The notes: a model not told the origin generated them from the letters alone. A DNA stretch of 64,000 bases from Eledone cirrhosa (GCA_964016885.1 OZ024741.1:271188001-271252000), one strand, 5' to 3'. Shown: positions 14,591 through 27,772, numbered from the stretch's first letter. A program made the numbers and translations.

Positions 14591-15169
14591 TGCCTTAGGA
14601 TAGTAGCCCAAGAAGAAAGCAGCTTCTCTATGGCTCTGGTAATAATGTCTGGGACTTTGAATCGGCTGCTTCACTATACTGTGGTGGTCACAACTGGACC
14701 CTGAAACCTAAGGTCGCCATACATGTTAAGTGTCTCAGAGACGGCAAGGCATTGTAACAACACGCTGTTTCGTTCGTCTCTGGGTCAAAACATTAACACG
14801 CACTTTTTTCTTTGTTTTTTCTTTGCTTGTTTCCTTAAAGTTTACCATCATTCCGTTGGTATACATTTATTACGCAATTTATACCTGAAGATGTCACCTG
14901 GTTTTTACGCAATCTGGCCACTGAAATGTGCATACTGTTTGCAGAAATAAATAATTAAGGAAATTCAACATATTTGGCTTCTTGCCATTTCACTTTATAA
15001 TACATTTACTCCGTTCCCACGCCACCAACATGATTCAACATCAAAGATGGATGAGTTGCATAACGTCGAGTGCTTTTCTCATATTACGTCAAGGTTAACA
15101 TTGAAGAATGACCAATTCTAACCAGTGGTAAACCACCAAATTTAAACGAATATATATATATATATATAC

Positions 15170-15258
<89 letters not shown>

Positions 15259-15262
<4 letters not shown>

Positions 15263-17486
15263 GCAGCATAGTATATAAATGTTATTGAGACACGAGTAAC
15301 ATAATAATGATGTCAACAGCAGAAATTAGAGATGAAATGTATGTTTATTTTTGTTGTAGCACAAATAATGTTTGTTAACTTGTATGGTTGAAGTTACACA
15401 TAAAATGAGGTTACAAAAGGGAATGTGCCATTGTGCCAGGAAAGCCGGCAGGCCAAAGTGCAAAATCTCACCGTCACATGTTGTACGTGTTGCTGGTTCG
15501 AAGTTCCGGGTGCGAGAGAGAGATTCTTCAAATCTTCGCGGGGAATTTCTCCCTCAGGGCGAGTAGGGATATATCCTCTTCTACTGGCGTTGATTGGCTG
15601 AGCTGAGCCAAATCACGCACAGAGAATATATGTGAGCCCGCGGAATGTAGGTCACTACAATACTCCCCCTCTAGACGTAAGACGATACAGATTATTGAAT
15701 CAGCAGGAAAAAATGCTGAAAGAGCACATCAGTGAAAAAATAATTGAGCAGAAGGATGCATGCAAGAAAAAAGATGAGGCGCTAAGGGCCGTGTTGAGCC
15801 GCTGTGTCAAATGACTAGTTGTTTTGTAGATTATACGTGACCACCAAAGGTCTAACAGAAAACGGATAAAGTCTGACATGGGCGATGTTGCTGTTCTTGC
15901 ATTAAATGTTAATGGTAAGTGTTGTACCAGTAGCTGTGGATGAAGCTATTATGGTAGTTTACCAGTGCTGGCAAGAAGATGATGGGTAGGCGAGAAAATG
16001 TCGGCCTCCCAGATGTATTGCCGAAAGTGCTAGGGAGCCAGGAAAAAATGGCTGGTTGCTTTGAAAAGAAAAAAGCAAGTTGAATCTCTAGGTGGGTAGT
16101 AGTTGCAGTGTAAATTCCATAATTCCGGCGAATCCACAGAAGTGGTGGAAATGCTGACAAGTCCAGTTCTATTTGTTGTTTTCCCAGTGAGTCGGATAAG
16201 GTAACAAGATGGAGGTTGTTATGGACGATGAGTGTGCAACGAGATGCGAAACTGTTTGAGTTCAGCTGCAATTAGCATTCTCGTGTTGTGGTGCCTGTTT
16301 GAATCCAGGTGAATTAAGCTCTATCAGTCGCTAGCATGTGACGGCACCTCAATCAGGTGAAAAGGGATCTCGCAGAATATTACGTTTGAAGAACATATAC
16401 TAAGAACAACATGTTGTTGGGTGACAAAGAAATGTGTGCATATGCAGGCATGTAATACAGCAAATAAATGTGTGGGTGCAGTCATATATACAATGATAAA
16501 GAAAATGATGCAGTCATATATACAATGATAGAAAAAAATGAATTTCCATATAATACAGTTTAAAAAAAATAAATGTCCAAAATAAATGCCTGAAAAAAAA
16601 GGAGGAAAGAAAGAATTGTTTCTTTCTTTTAACAAAAAGTTCGCTTTTCTTTTCTTTGAAATTTCTTTGGGATCGCTCTTACTGTGGAGCTAGTAGAGTT
16701 GTTGTTGTTAAAGCAAAGTCACAATGAATCTTCTGTAGAGTCGAAGTCGAGCGTTGAAGAAACTAGAGTCACCAATATGGCAGCCACGTCTGACGCCATA
16801 GTGGTGAGAAGACTGATGTCTTAATTTCTCGAGTCCTTGTGGTAACGAGACAGAAGGTATGGTGGTTGTGTCGGTAAAGTTACAAGCTGCCACATCGCCA
16901 TTCCCTGGTGTTGGTTAGTAGTTAGCCATGTGTTGCTGCTGATGGCTGGTAGTAGAGAAGTACTTGGTGGTAGCCGTTTTGAAATTTCCTCGTGGCGTAA
17001 ATTTTTTTTTTTTATACATACACTGCCAATTTTAATCTCATTTCAAAAGGAATATTTTGAACTGAAAATATTCATCACGTCGGGGTCACCACTTTTAGCA
17101 GCATAGTATGTAAATGTTATTGAGACACAAGTAACATAATAATGATGTCAACAGCAGAAATTAGAGATGAAATGTATGTTTATTTTTGTTGTAGCACAAA
17201 TAATGTTTGTTAACTTGTATGGTTGAAGTTACACATAAAATGAGGTTACAAAAGGGAATGTGCCATTGTGCCAGGAAAGCCGGCAGGCCAAAGTGCAAAA
17301 TCTCACCGTCACATGTTGTACGTGTTGCTGGTTCGAAGTTCCGGGTGCGAGAGAGAGATTCTTCAAATCTTCGCGGGGAATTTCTCCCTCGGGGCGCGTA
17401 GGGATACATCCTCTTCTACTGGCGTTGATTGGCTGAGCTGAGCCAAATCACGCACAGAGAATGTATGTGAGCCCGCGGAATGTAGG

Positions 17487-17494
<8 letters not shown>
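15259..17494 (-). mobile_element. Non-autonomous LTR retrotransposon (Gypsy-like, internally deleted), inserted in (TA)n
   Basis: Two 401-bp LTRs (15259-15659, 17094-17494; about 7 differences counted by eye). PBS TGGTGACCCCGACGTGAT at 17074-17091 is complementary to tRNA-Trp. PPT agagggggag at 15663-15672. The 1.43-kb interior has no intact ORF. Confidence 0.92.
17074..17091 (-). promoter_or_regulatory. Primer-binding site, tRNA-Trp
   Basis: 18-nt TGGTGACCCCGACGTGAT, 2 nt downstream of the 5' LTR; same as the classical Trp PBS. Confidence 0.9.
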
Positions 17495-17535
<41 letters not shown>

Positions 17536-17537
<2 letters not shown>

Positions 17538-18070
17538 GTGGGAAAGTAAGAAATCGGAGAATAGACCGTTAAAACATGTTTATTTAAAACAGCACCTACG
17601 TACGTTTCGCCCAGTTGGGCTTCTCAAGGGCATAAACAATCAAAAGTGTTCCTTACATTTCTCGGAAAGAGTTTTTGGGGTTAAATCCACGTCAAGGTTC
17701 ATTGCTCGCAAAAATAGCTTGTTTTGATTTTGCAGCAGGTCAAGGGAAGAAACTGTGGCCGGTGTTAGGGCAGTCTTTCCCGGAGCGAGCAATGAACCTT
17801 GTCGTGGATTTAACCCCAAAAACTCTTTCCGAGCAATGTAAGGAACACTTTTGATTATTTATGGCCTTGAGAAGCCCAACTGGGCGAAACGTACGTAGGT
17901 GCTGTTTTAAATAAACATGTTTTAACGGTCTATTCTCCGATTTCTTACTTTCCCACGTGCTTACGCTCTGCTAACTCTCTAGCCCACTAAATATTAAGAC
18001 TTCGAATATTTAATACTGCCGGCACTAGTATCGAGCACCTTTGGCATACGCTACTTGGCAAATAACTATA
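17536..18070 (+). mobile_element. PLE pLTR-like fold-back (arms ~174 bp, 17536-17958) with hammerhead variant and 3' tail
   Basis: acgtgggaaagtaag...cttactttcccacgt; the right arm has gcc-TTGAGAA-gccc aact gggc-GAAAC gtac GTA-ggt at 17864-17900. Confidence 0.75.
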
Positions 18071-18140
18071 TGTATCACCTATCCTCCCCTTTTTTTTTCT
18101 CTCTCTCTCGATACGTAAATACTGTATATATATATATATA

Positions 18141-18577
18141 TACAATATATTAATAAATGGAAACTATATTTATAAAACCATATTTATTTTATTATATATA
18201 TTTCAAAGGCAACCAAGACAAATTATGGTGTGCTTTCATCAGATAAAATACAGATTTGTTTTATAAATAAATATTGACATACCCGGAAAAAAGACAACCT
18301 TAACTATCCAAGAAGCTCCAACCGTTAAGGTTGTCTTTTTTCCGGGTATGTCAATATTTATTTATGAAACAAATCTGTATTTTATCTGATGAAAGCGCAC
18401 CATAATTTGCCTTGGTTGCCCTTGAAATATATATAATAAAATAAATATGGTTTTATAAATATAGTTTCTATTTATTAATATATTGTGTATTTACTCCACT
18501 AACTTGTTGAGTGCTTTATATCAGTTATAAAAATGTTTAAGCTTGTTGAATCCCAACAAATTAAATATAACCTCTGC

Positions 18578-18580
<3 letters not shown>
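18141..18580 (+). mobile_element. PLE pLTR-like fold-back (arms ~164 bp, 18141-18488) with hammerhead and 3' tail
   Basis: Arms 18141-18304 and 18324-18488; the tail continues ~90 nt to (TA)n; un-inverted copy at 7607-7850. Confidence 0.8.
18379..18442 (+). ncRNA. Type I minimal hammerhead ribozyme motif
   Basis: Stem I attttat/ataaaat, core CTGATGA, stem II aag..gcacca/tggttgc..ctt, GAAA, palindromic tatata, TA cleavage site. Confidence 0.7.
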
Positions 18581-18617
<37 letters not shown>

Positions 18618-19099
18618 AATAGAAAAAAACGAGAAAGTTTCGTTTACATGTATAAGGTCACTGATGGGTGTTATGGGCCCGACTCCACTATCGATCTGCT
18701 CTTCAGACTGACGATGAGACAAAAAAATTGAAAATAGAAAATAAAGGACTTATTCGATTCCTACTTTATAAATATACTACGTGGAACCCCCCTCTCTATA
18801 TCAATTAACACCAAACTTTCCTACTGTATATATCTACTACACGGAACTCTCTTCCAATCTCCCTCTCTACATCAATAAACATCAATCTCTCCCCCTCTCT
18901 GTATCTAATATACAACTCACTTTCCCAACCTTCTTCTCTATATCAATTACCACCAAACTCTCCCCCTTTCTATATCTGTATCTATCTCTCCCATCTATCT
19001 CTATATAACATGTTCATAAATTGTAATGCATATACAGATAGTTTGGTAGTTTTGGGGAAAAAATATAATTATTCGGGGGTGTATGGGGGGGGGGGGGAC

Positions 19100-19253
19100 A
19101 AAATGAAAATTCGTTGTAACGAAAAATCCTTTATAGCGAGATTGACCGAAACAAATCGATCGTTTGTTTTTTATTATCTCGGGGATTGAAAAGAATTTCG
19201 TCATACTAAAACATTCGTTATAATGGTACTCGTTATAACGGAATCTCACCTGT
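19100..19253 (-). mobile_element. Pogo/Tigger-like DNA transposon end
   Basis: Minus strand starts TA-caggtgagattccgttataacgag with repeated cgttataa subterminal motifs; only one end is visible. Confidence 0.5.
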
Positions 19254-19392
19254 ATATATATATATATATATACCAACTCATAATATTATAATATAAAATT
19301 AAATTAAACATTTTTTAACACTACAAGTGAAGTCATTCTTTTCCTTTTTTTCAAATACACCTAACTGTACCAAGGATCTCACACATTTTCCA

Positions 19393-19428
<36 letters not shown>

Positions 19429-19463
19429 GACAGTAAAAGGTATAGCTCAATGTAGTTAAACAG

Positions 19464-19503
19464 AGCCCTGATGAGTCCTCAATAGGACGAAACATTGTCG
19501 GCT
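19464..19503 (+). ncRNA. Type I hammerhead ribozyme (canonical core)
   Basis: agcc-CTGATGA-gtcct caat aggac-GAA-ac att gt-C-ggct: all core nucleotides, GUC triplet, stem I extendable (tcaatgta/tgtattga). Confidence 0.85.
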
Positions 19504-19547
19504 AATAAAGACTTTTGATGTATTGAAGGCTTCTTTGTTTTACTCTC

Positions 19548-19597
<50 letters not shown>

Positions 19598-19605
19598 TAT
19601 ATATC

Positions 19606-19840
19606 TAAGGCGGGTAAAATTCCTAAGATCCATGGACGAGTTCACTCCGGCGGTCTCTGTCCCTCATCATCGCTGCCATGTCCTGCGTCTCCAACAGACC
19701 AGTGTCTGTCCTTAGGGCATCAACATATGTTAACCTCGGTCTTCCTCTGCCAGTGTGTCCATGCAGGGTCTCCCACAGGAACACTGAGTGCAGTGTCAAC
19801 TCTGGATGTCGGTGAGCATGTCCGGCTAACCTCAGGGAAT
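19606..19840 (-). mobile_element. RTE-group LINE 3' fragment
   Basis: [43 protein letters not shown] in ORF 19623-20033(-). Confidence 0.75.
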
Positions 19841-20129
19841 CCAGGACTACATTATCAGATTTGACCATTTCTTTTCTAAGATGATAAGAGGGAGATTTGG
19901 CTATTATTTCTAGCATATCGACTGACCACGTTGACAGACGTTGGTTACTGGGGGCGATAGCAGCAAAAGTCTGCTTAGAGATGGAATGATGAGATGGGGG
20001 TGGTGGTGATAACCTATATATGTGTATGTCCATCGATGTGCGTGTATGTATGTATATGTATGTATGTGTGTGTGTATGTGTATGTATGTGTGTGTGTATG
20101 TATGTGTGTGTGTGTGTGTCTGTAGCTAA

Positions 20130-22110
20130 ATGGGGTGGGGTTATAAAAATGTAAGGTAAGGGACAGCCGTAAGGAGGGGTGAGGTGAAGGAAAAGAGGGG
20201 AGAGGGGTAGGGTAGATGAGGGGAGGGGAGGTAGGGTAGATGAGGGGAGGGGTGGTAGGGTAGATGAGGGGTGACAGAAGGTAAGGGGGAGATGTGGTGA
20301 AGGCAGGGAGGGGGAAGTGGGGTGAAGGAGGTAAGGGCAGGTGGGGTGGGGAGATGGGGGCGTGAGAGGAGGTGGGTGAGGTGAAGGGGTGGGGTGAAGG
20401 AGTGGGGGGGGGGGGGGCTGGTCATCAAAGTTTTAGTTTATCACTTAGATCAAAAGAGGCACGTGAGTACAACTTCCGCCCTTTTCAAAATACAACGGTG
20501 AAGATGGTGGGGGTGAGGTGGTGTGGTGGAGACGGGGTGGTGGTGGTGGATACGGGGTGATTGGGGGGTATGGTGGTGTTGGTGGTGGTGGTGGGGGGGG
20601 GGGGAGGTTGTAATTATGGCGTTGATGGTGTTAGTAGCGATGGATGTGGTGTACGAGGTGGTACTAACATTGCTGGTGGTGGTGGTGTTTGAGGTGGTGG
20701 CGGTGGGGGGCGTGGTGGTCTGGGTTCGTGGGGGTTGGGTTGTGGTGAGGGTGGTACTAACGTTGATGGCAGTAGCGGTGAGGGTAGCGGTGGGGGTAGT
20801 GGTGGTGGTGGTGGGGGGGGGGGGGGGTAGTGGTGGGGGGGGGGTGTTACTATTGGTGACATGATGGTGATCGTGGTTGGGAGTGGTGGTTATGGTAGTG
20901 GTTGTGTTGGTATTGGAGAGGGGATGGTGGAGGTGGCAGTTATGGTGGTGGTGGTGGTGGTGGTTGAAGTGGTGATGGGGATGATGATGGCGGTGGTGGT
21001 GGTTGTTGTAGAGCTGGTGTTAGAGTTAGAGCTAGTAATAGTAGTGGTGGTGGTAGTATTGCTATTGGTGGTGGTGGTCTTATTGATGATGGTGGTGGGG
21101 GTGATGGTTGTAGTAGTGAGGGGTGTTAGTGTTGATGTTGGTGGTGGTTGTGGCGGCAGTCGTAACGGTGGGGAGACGATGTAGTCGTGGTTGTTGTGGT
21201 GGTAGTGGCTGTGTTGGTAGTGGTGGCTGTAGTAGTGATGATTGTGTTGTTGGTTGTGCTTATAGTCATCGTGGTGGTGGTGGTGGTGGTGGGGATGGTG
21301 TTGCCATTGTGGTTGTTGTGCTGGCAGTGTTTGTGTTGGTGGTAGTGGGGATGATGGTGATGGTGGTGATAGTGGTGGTTGTGGTGGCAGTGGAGATGGT
21401 GGTAATGGTGGTAGTAGGGATGATGGTGTTGGTGGTGGCAGCTTTAGTGGTGATGGTGGTAATGGTGGTAGTGGTAGTGGTGATGGTGGTGATGGTGGTG
21501 ATGGTGGTGATGGTGGTGATGGTGGTGATGGTGGTGATGGTGGTGATGGTGGTAACAGTGCGGATGATGGTAATGGCGGTAGTAATGATGGTGGTGATGG
21601 TGGTGATAGTGGTGGTTGTGGTGGCAGTGGGGATGGTGGTAATGGTGGTAGTAGGGATGATGGTGTTGGTGGTGGCAGCTTTAGTGGTGATGGTGGTAAT
21701 GGTGGTAGTGGTAGTGGTGATGGTGGTGATAGTGGTGGTTGTGGTGGCAGTGGGGATGATGGTGGTGATGGTGGTGATAGTGGTGGTTGTGGTGGCAGTG
21801 GGGATGGTCGTAATGGTGGTAGTAGTGATGATGGTGTTGGTGGTGGCAGCTTTAGTGGTGATGGTGGTAATGGTGGTAGTGGTAGTGGTGATGGTGGTGA
21901 TGGTGGTGGTAATAGTAGTGGTTGTGGTAGCAGTGCGGATGATGGGGGTGATGGTGGTGATAGTGGTGGTTGTGGTGGCAGTGGGGATGGTCGTAATGGT
22001 GGTAGTAGTGATGATGGTGTTGGTGGTGGCAGCTTTAGTGGTGATGGTGGTAATGGTGGTAGTGTTAGTGGTGATGGTGGTAGTAGTGGTGATGGTGGTG
22101 ATGGTGGTAA
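20130..22110. repeat. G-rich low-complexity / (GTG)n-based repeat with longer internal duplications
   Basis: ggtggtgat triplet arrays; the block gtgttggtggtggcagctttagtggtgatgg recurs four times. Confidence 0.9.
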
Positions 22111-22356
22111 CAAGACTCACTATTTAACCTTAATAAAATGAATATTTAAACTCTACTTCGGTATTGAGTACTCCTTTCTCTCGTCCGTCAACTACATATT
22201 GACTTACATATTATTTGTTCTGTACAAAATAGTAATTGTGTCTCAGAGATATATAACCTTTTGTTATATCCTTTAAACATGAAGAATTGATGCTCAAGGA
22301 ACTTTTTTTTATTGAGAAACATAATCAATATATATTTTATATGCATCGATTAAACC

Positions 22357-22426
<70 letters not shown>

Positions 22427-22678
22427 ATGTTATAGTTTGCTTGAAGCATTGTATATAATATATAACGTTGAAAGAGATAGTTCCCGAAATATTGGACAGA
22501 TAAAAGAACAACAACAACAAAACAATACAAAGCAAAGATTACCAGATAACTTTTACTTTTCGTTACCTCATCTTACAGTCCATTTTGCATTGTGTAGCCT
22601 TCTATCTCTTTCAACGATTTATATATATATATGTGTGTGTGTGGGGTGGGGGTGGGGGGTATATATATATATATATAT

Positions 22679-23535
22679 ATTGTCATACTTGGGGAGGGTC
22701 ATATTGTTGTAATAATATTGCCAGAAATAATAACAGAACGCACTCACTGTTTGGTTGCTATCTTCTGTATCTTTTATATCCATAGTTAATTTATTTGGCA
22801 ATCAACGTTTATTATTGTTTGACCAACAGCTAAAAATACAGATATAAATATATATATATAGTCTATCAAAGTTCTTTCGTTGCACATCTGCAACATCATC
22901 AGTGGTATTATCATGTTCCCTCCTATTGTATTGTAGTGTTTACGCCATTTTTATTTATTTATTTTTGCTCCATCTCTGCGCATGCGTTTGCGTGTGTGTA
23001 TAATGTTTGGCGTGTGCGTTCGCGTTTGAGTGTATGTGTTTTGGTTTTTTAATTCTATCTTTGTTTACTAGTGTGTGTTTATATGCGTTTGTTGTTATTG
23101 TACTTGTGTATATATTTATTTATTTATATTTCTCTTAAGTCAGTATTGTTTGTGGGTGTGGTTGTTGTTGTTATTCCATTCGTTTTTTCTGTTTAACTTT
23201 GGTTTTCTAAGCTCTATTTCACTTGCTTCTCTGATTTGCCTACCTGTTGGGTCATTTCTATGTTTAGATATTATTTTAATTTCTATGTTGTCTATATTAC
23301 CGTCATGTCTTTGTCTGGCGTGTTCGTATAGTACTGAACTGTTTTTTGTTCTTTTAATTCCCTTCAGTGTTGGTTTACTCTTTCTCCTATGCTTCGAGCT
23401 GTCTCACCTATGTACGTCATTTCCATGTTTCTGCAAGTACCCTCTGTACATCTTTTGCTATAGACTACATTTCCCCAAGTATAACAATATTTGTTTTGAC
23501 ACATGATTTCATATAAAAAACCTTGCAAAACAAAT
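22679..23535 (-). mobile_element. Penelope-like element 3' part (GIY-YIG endonuclease, hammerhead, inverted terminus)
   Basis: NVVYSKRCTEGTCRNMEMTYIGETARSIGERVNQH; colinear with 46770-47583; terminal ccccaagtataacaat reappears inverted at ~23471-23487; hammerhead motif at 22864-22907(-). Confidence 0.88.
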
Positions 23536-23541
23536 TCATAC

Positions 23542-23593
<52 letters not shown>

Positions 23594-23821
23594 TAGAGTT
23601 TACCAATATATATCCTGGTGAAGATTATAGAAGCTCGATGTTAATCTGCATCCTTGGTCAATCTGTAATCCAGAAGGCTAGATGATTTTCAGCCTCCGTG
23701 GATTACGTTATGGACGGTTATGAGACGAACTGCAGAGCTCAAGATTTTAACAAGATAACAATGGATAACCAGTTAAGATATACTTGTAAATCTTAACTGG
23801 TTATCCTTGTTATTTCATTAA

Positions 23822-23896
<75 letters not shown>

Positions 23897-24439
23897 TAAA
23901 TGAAGACAGAAAAACAGTTACATATGACGGACTGACAATTGCATCTCTACCTCGTCAGCCACCACGATGACGTGCAATTTCGCGCATTTATTTGATATTG
24001 CATTTGTAATGTCAGATTGTGCAATAGATGCACGTGAGTCGGTAACAAAACAAAGAAAGGACAGGGAAATTTACGGGTGTCTTTCTATATGTTTTGGCAA
24101 ATAAGAATCATGGTAATTCTATAGGTCATCTTTGGTTTTCATCCTTCCCGGATCATAGTACCAGTTAAGTACTGGGGTCGATATAATCGCCTGTCTCAGT
24201 TCAAATTGTTGCCTTTGTATTAAAATTAGAAACTATTATTTGAAATGTGTTCTTTATGTTTATTTTTACGGAGATAAGAGAATGTTATTTTACCTCCAAA
24301 GATTTTAATTGCATTTCAGTAACACATTAGAATAGGAACCACACACTCACATATACACATATACATACATACGTGCGTACATACATACATACATACATAC
24401 ATACATACATACATACATACATACATACATACATACATA

Positions 24440-24963
24440 ATGGCTGCAAACTATGCTAAGAGTATTGCAATCGCTTGTCAGATTATAGAGTTTGGTACAC
24501 TTTTAGGCTACGGCCAGCCACACAAACCTGTAACATAACCTGAACAAGCAATGCCTGGGCTTTGAAGGTTTTTTTTAATGGGGAAAGGCCTCTCACTTGA
24601 CCAATTCCACTCTCTGAGCATCAAAAACACTACCCAAAAAGGAGAACTGGTCAATATCATCGGACGCTTCCGAAGCCGCAGGTTTTTTTTTCAGAGTTTC
24701 CCTCTCCTAGAAAGATGTTGTGACAACAACTGGGGGCCTTTCACTCCCAGGTAAAAAAAAAAAGTACAATTTGGATGGTAGTTGAGTCTGTTGAGTTCCT
24801 CCGCCCTTTGCTGGGTCCTGTATTTTATCCCGCAGGGTGTCCAAATATCACCCTCTTCACCAAGCTAGCTTGGTGCGGTTGCCGGTTTAGTCGCCGGCGA
24901 CCCGACCATGTGACAGGTTGTACTGGGTTACATGTTACCAGTAGCACTCGAGAGAGACCTGAC
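24440..24963 (-). mobile_element. RTE-related element with structured terminal motif (copy 2)
   Basis: Diverged homolog of 369-977, flanked by (TACA)n on both sides. Confidence 0.55.
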
Positions 24964-25449
24964 ATACATACATAAATACATAAATACATACATACATACA
25001 TACATACGTACATACGTGCATACGTGCATACATACATACATACATACATACATACATACATACATACATACATACATACATACATACATACATACATACA
25101 TACAGAGCCAAACTCGGAAACACACACAGCCACATATATGCACATATGCACACAAACACAAATACACAGATAGAGAAATACAGACATACAGACATGCATA
25201 CAGACTATTATACAGAATACAGAGACACATACACAGAAGCACAGACATACGCACATATGTACACATGCACACACACAGGCAGACACGCAGATACACATAG
25301 AGACACATGCATGTGAGGTCACACAGACCAGCGTCTTCAGGATTTCCAAAAGAGGGCGAAATAGACCTGCTTTTTCTCGAAGAAAATATTTTCCGTTTCT
25401 GCCACTGCTTACTCTATATCTTTCTATTTCTTTTTTAAATTTCTCAGTC

Positions 25450-25490
25450 TATTTTCTGATGAAGGACTAGCGTCCGAAACGTTAAGCGTG
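25450..25490 (+). ncRNA. Hammerhead-like motif (PLE type, weak stem I)
   Basis: CTGATGAA-ggac tagc gtcc-GAAACGTTA with palindromic aacgtt; a decayed relative lies at ~63203-63230(-). Confidence 0.55.
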
Positions 25491-25535
25491 AAACTAATAT
25501 ATATGTTCATCGGCTGTTGTGTTTTTCCGTTTATT

Positions 25536-25619
<84 letters not shown>

Positions 25620-25669
25620 TTATAAATACATATATGGTGGTGGTAGTAGTAGTAGTATTATCATCACCC

Positions 25670-25705
<36 letters not shown>

Positions 25706-25706
25706 A

Positions 25707-25740
<34 letters not shown>

Positions 25741-25771
25741 AGTAGTAGTAGTGGTGGTAGTAGTAGTAGTG

Positions 25772-25830
<59 letters not shown>

Positions 25831-26991
25831 TGTAGTAGTAGTAGTAGTAGTAGTAAGTCATGATGACAGAGAAGACGTAGACCAGTGAAAACTATCTCCA
25901 ACATTGCAATATTTTAATCAACAGCTCTTACTGGATGGCTTCGTTTAAATTGAATTTTACACACATATATACATATATACATATTAACATTCACACACAT
26001 ACACACATACACACATATATACATATATACATATTAACATTCACACACATACACACATATATACATATATACATATTAACATTCTCACACATACACACAT
26101 ATATACATATATACATATTAACATTCTCACACATACACACATATATACATATTAACATTCACACACATACACACATATATACATATTAACATTCACACAC
26201 TTATACACATACACAATCACACACTTACACACATACGCACATACATACATATACACATTCACACACACACACATACACATACACATTCACACACATACAC
26301 ACATACACACATATATACACATACACATACACGCACTTACACACGCATACATTGACACACATACACACACATTTTCACATATATACACAAACATACACAC
26401 GCACACACACAAACATATACACATACATACACATATACATATGCACACATATATACACGTACACATTCACACACTTACACACATACACACATACACACAT
26501 ACACACATATATACACATACAGATTCACACACTTACACACATATACACATGCACATTCACACACTTACACACATATACACATATATACACATATATACAC
26601 ATATACACATGTATGCACATTCACGCACTTACACACATACACACATATCTACAAATACACATTCACACACGTACACACATACACATATATACACATACAC
26701 ACACATATACATACATACACATATACATATACACATTGACACACATACACATACATATGCACACACATATTCACACACATATTCACACATACATAAACAC
26801 AAATACACATATGCACACATATATACACATATACATACATATGCACAGACAGATAAACACATACATACACACATGCACATATGCACACATATATACACAC
26901 ACACATATATATACACAGACTTACTCAAGCTTTTATCTATCTACTCCTTTCTAACGTTACCTCTCTCTCTCTCTCTCTTTCTCACTCTCTC

Positions 26992-27045
<54 letters not shown>

Positions 27046-27066
27046 CATACATATATATATACATAT

Positions 27067-27116
<50 letters not shown>

Positions 27117-27157
27117 TTATGTGTGTATGTGTGTGGGAGGGCGTATATATATATATC

Positions 27158-27333
27158 TAACAAAGGAATTGTGATAAGAAACCAGATGGACCATAACGCA
27201 CCAGAGTACTCAATACTTAGGGTAGTAGAGTGGGAAATAGGAAAAAGTATGACCCCGACGGTATAGGTCAAGCTCCAGAAATAGCCGTCGAAACGGCTTG
27301 AGCTCTGCCGTCGGGGTCATACTTTTTCCTATA
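27158..27333. repeat. Fold-back palindrome (27237-27333) plus shared tail
   Basis: ataggaaaaagtatgaccccgacgg...ccgtcggggtcatactttttcctat; the tail is the reverse complement of 2402-2480. Confidence 0.75.
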
Positions 27334-27349
27334 TATAGAGAGAGAGATA

Positions 27350-27522
27350 GGCACAAGGCCATCAATTACCCAGTGCATTGTTGGTACTTTATTTTATCGA
27401 CCCCGTAAGGATGAAAGGCAAAGTCAACCTCGGCGGGATTTGAACTCAGATCGTAAAGGGACGTAACTATGCTGGAAAGCATGGCGTCCGACCCTCTACC
27501 GATACTGCCATTCCACCGCCCT
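27350..27522 (-). mobile_element. SINE family A
   Basis: ggcacaaggcc...atcgaccccgtaaggatgaaaggc...ctaccgatactgccattccaccgcc. Confidence 0.9.
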
Positions 27523-27635
27523 CAATGTATAGTAAACGTGTGTAAATGTATACACGCATTTACGCAGTCTCGGTTACCCCAATACTCTATACATACAAAT
27601 GTATCTTTATCGTAATCTTCGGCTGCTTAGCACAC

Positions 27636-27772
<137 letters not shown>

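Noticed and set aside
20890-22127. Mucin- or extensin-like ORFs of 284-407 aa
   Set aside because: Triplet repeat open in several frames on both strands; no unique flanking coding sequence.
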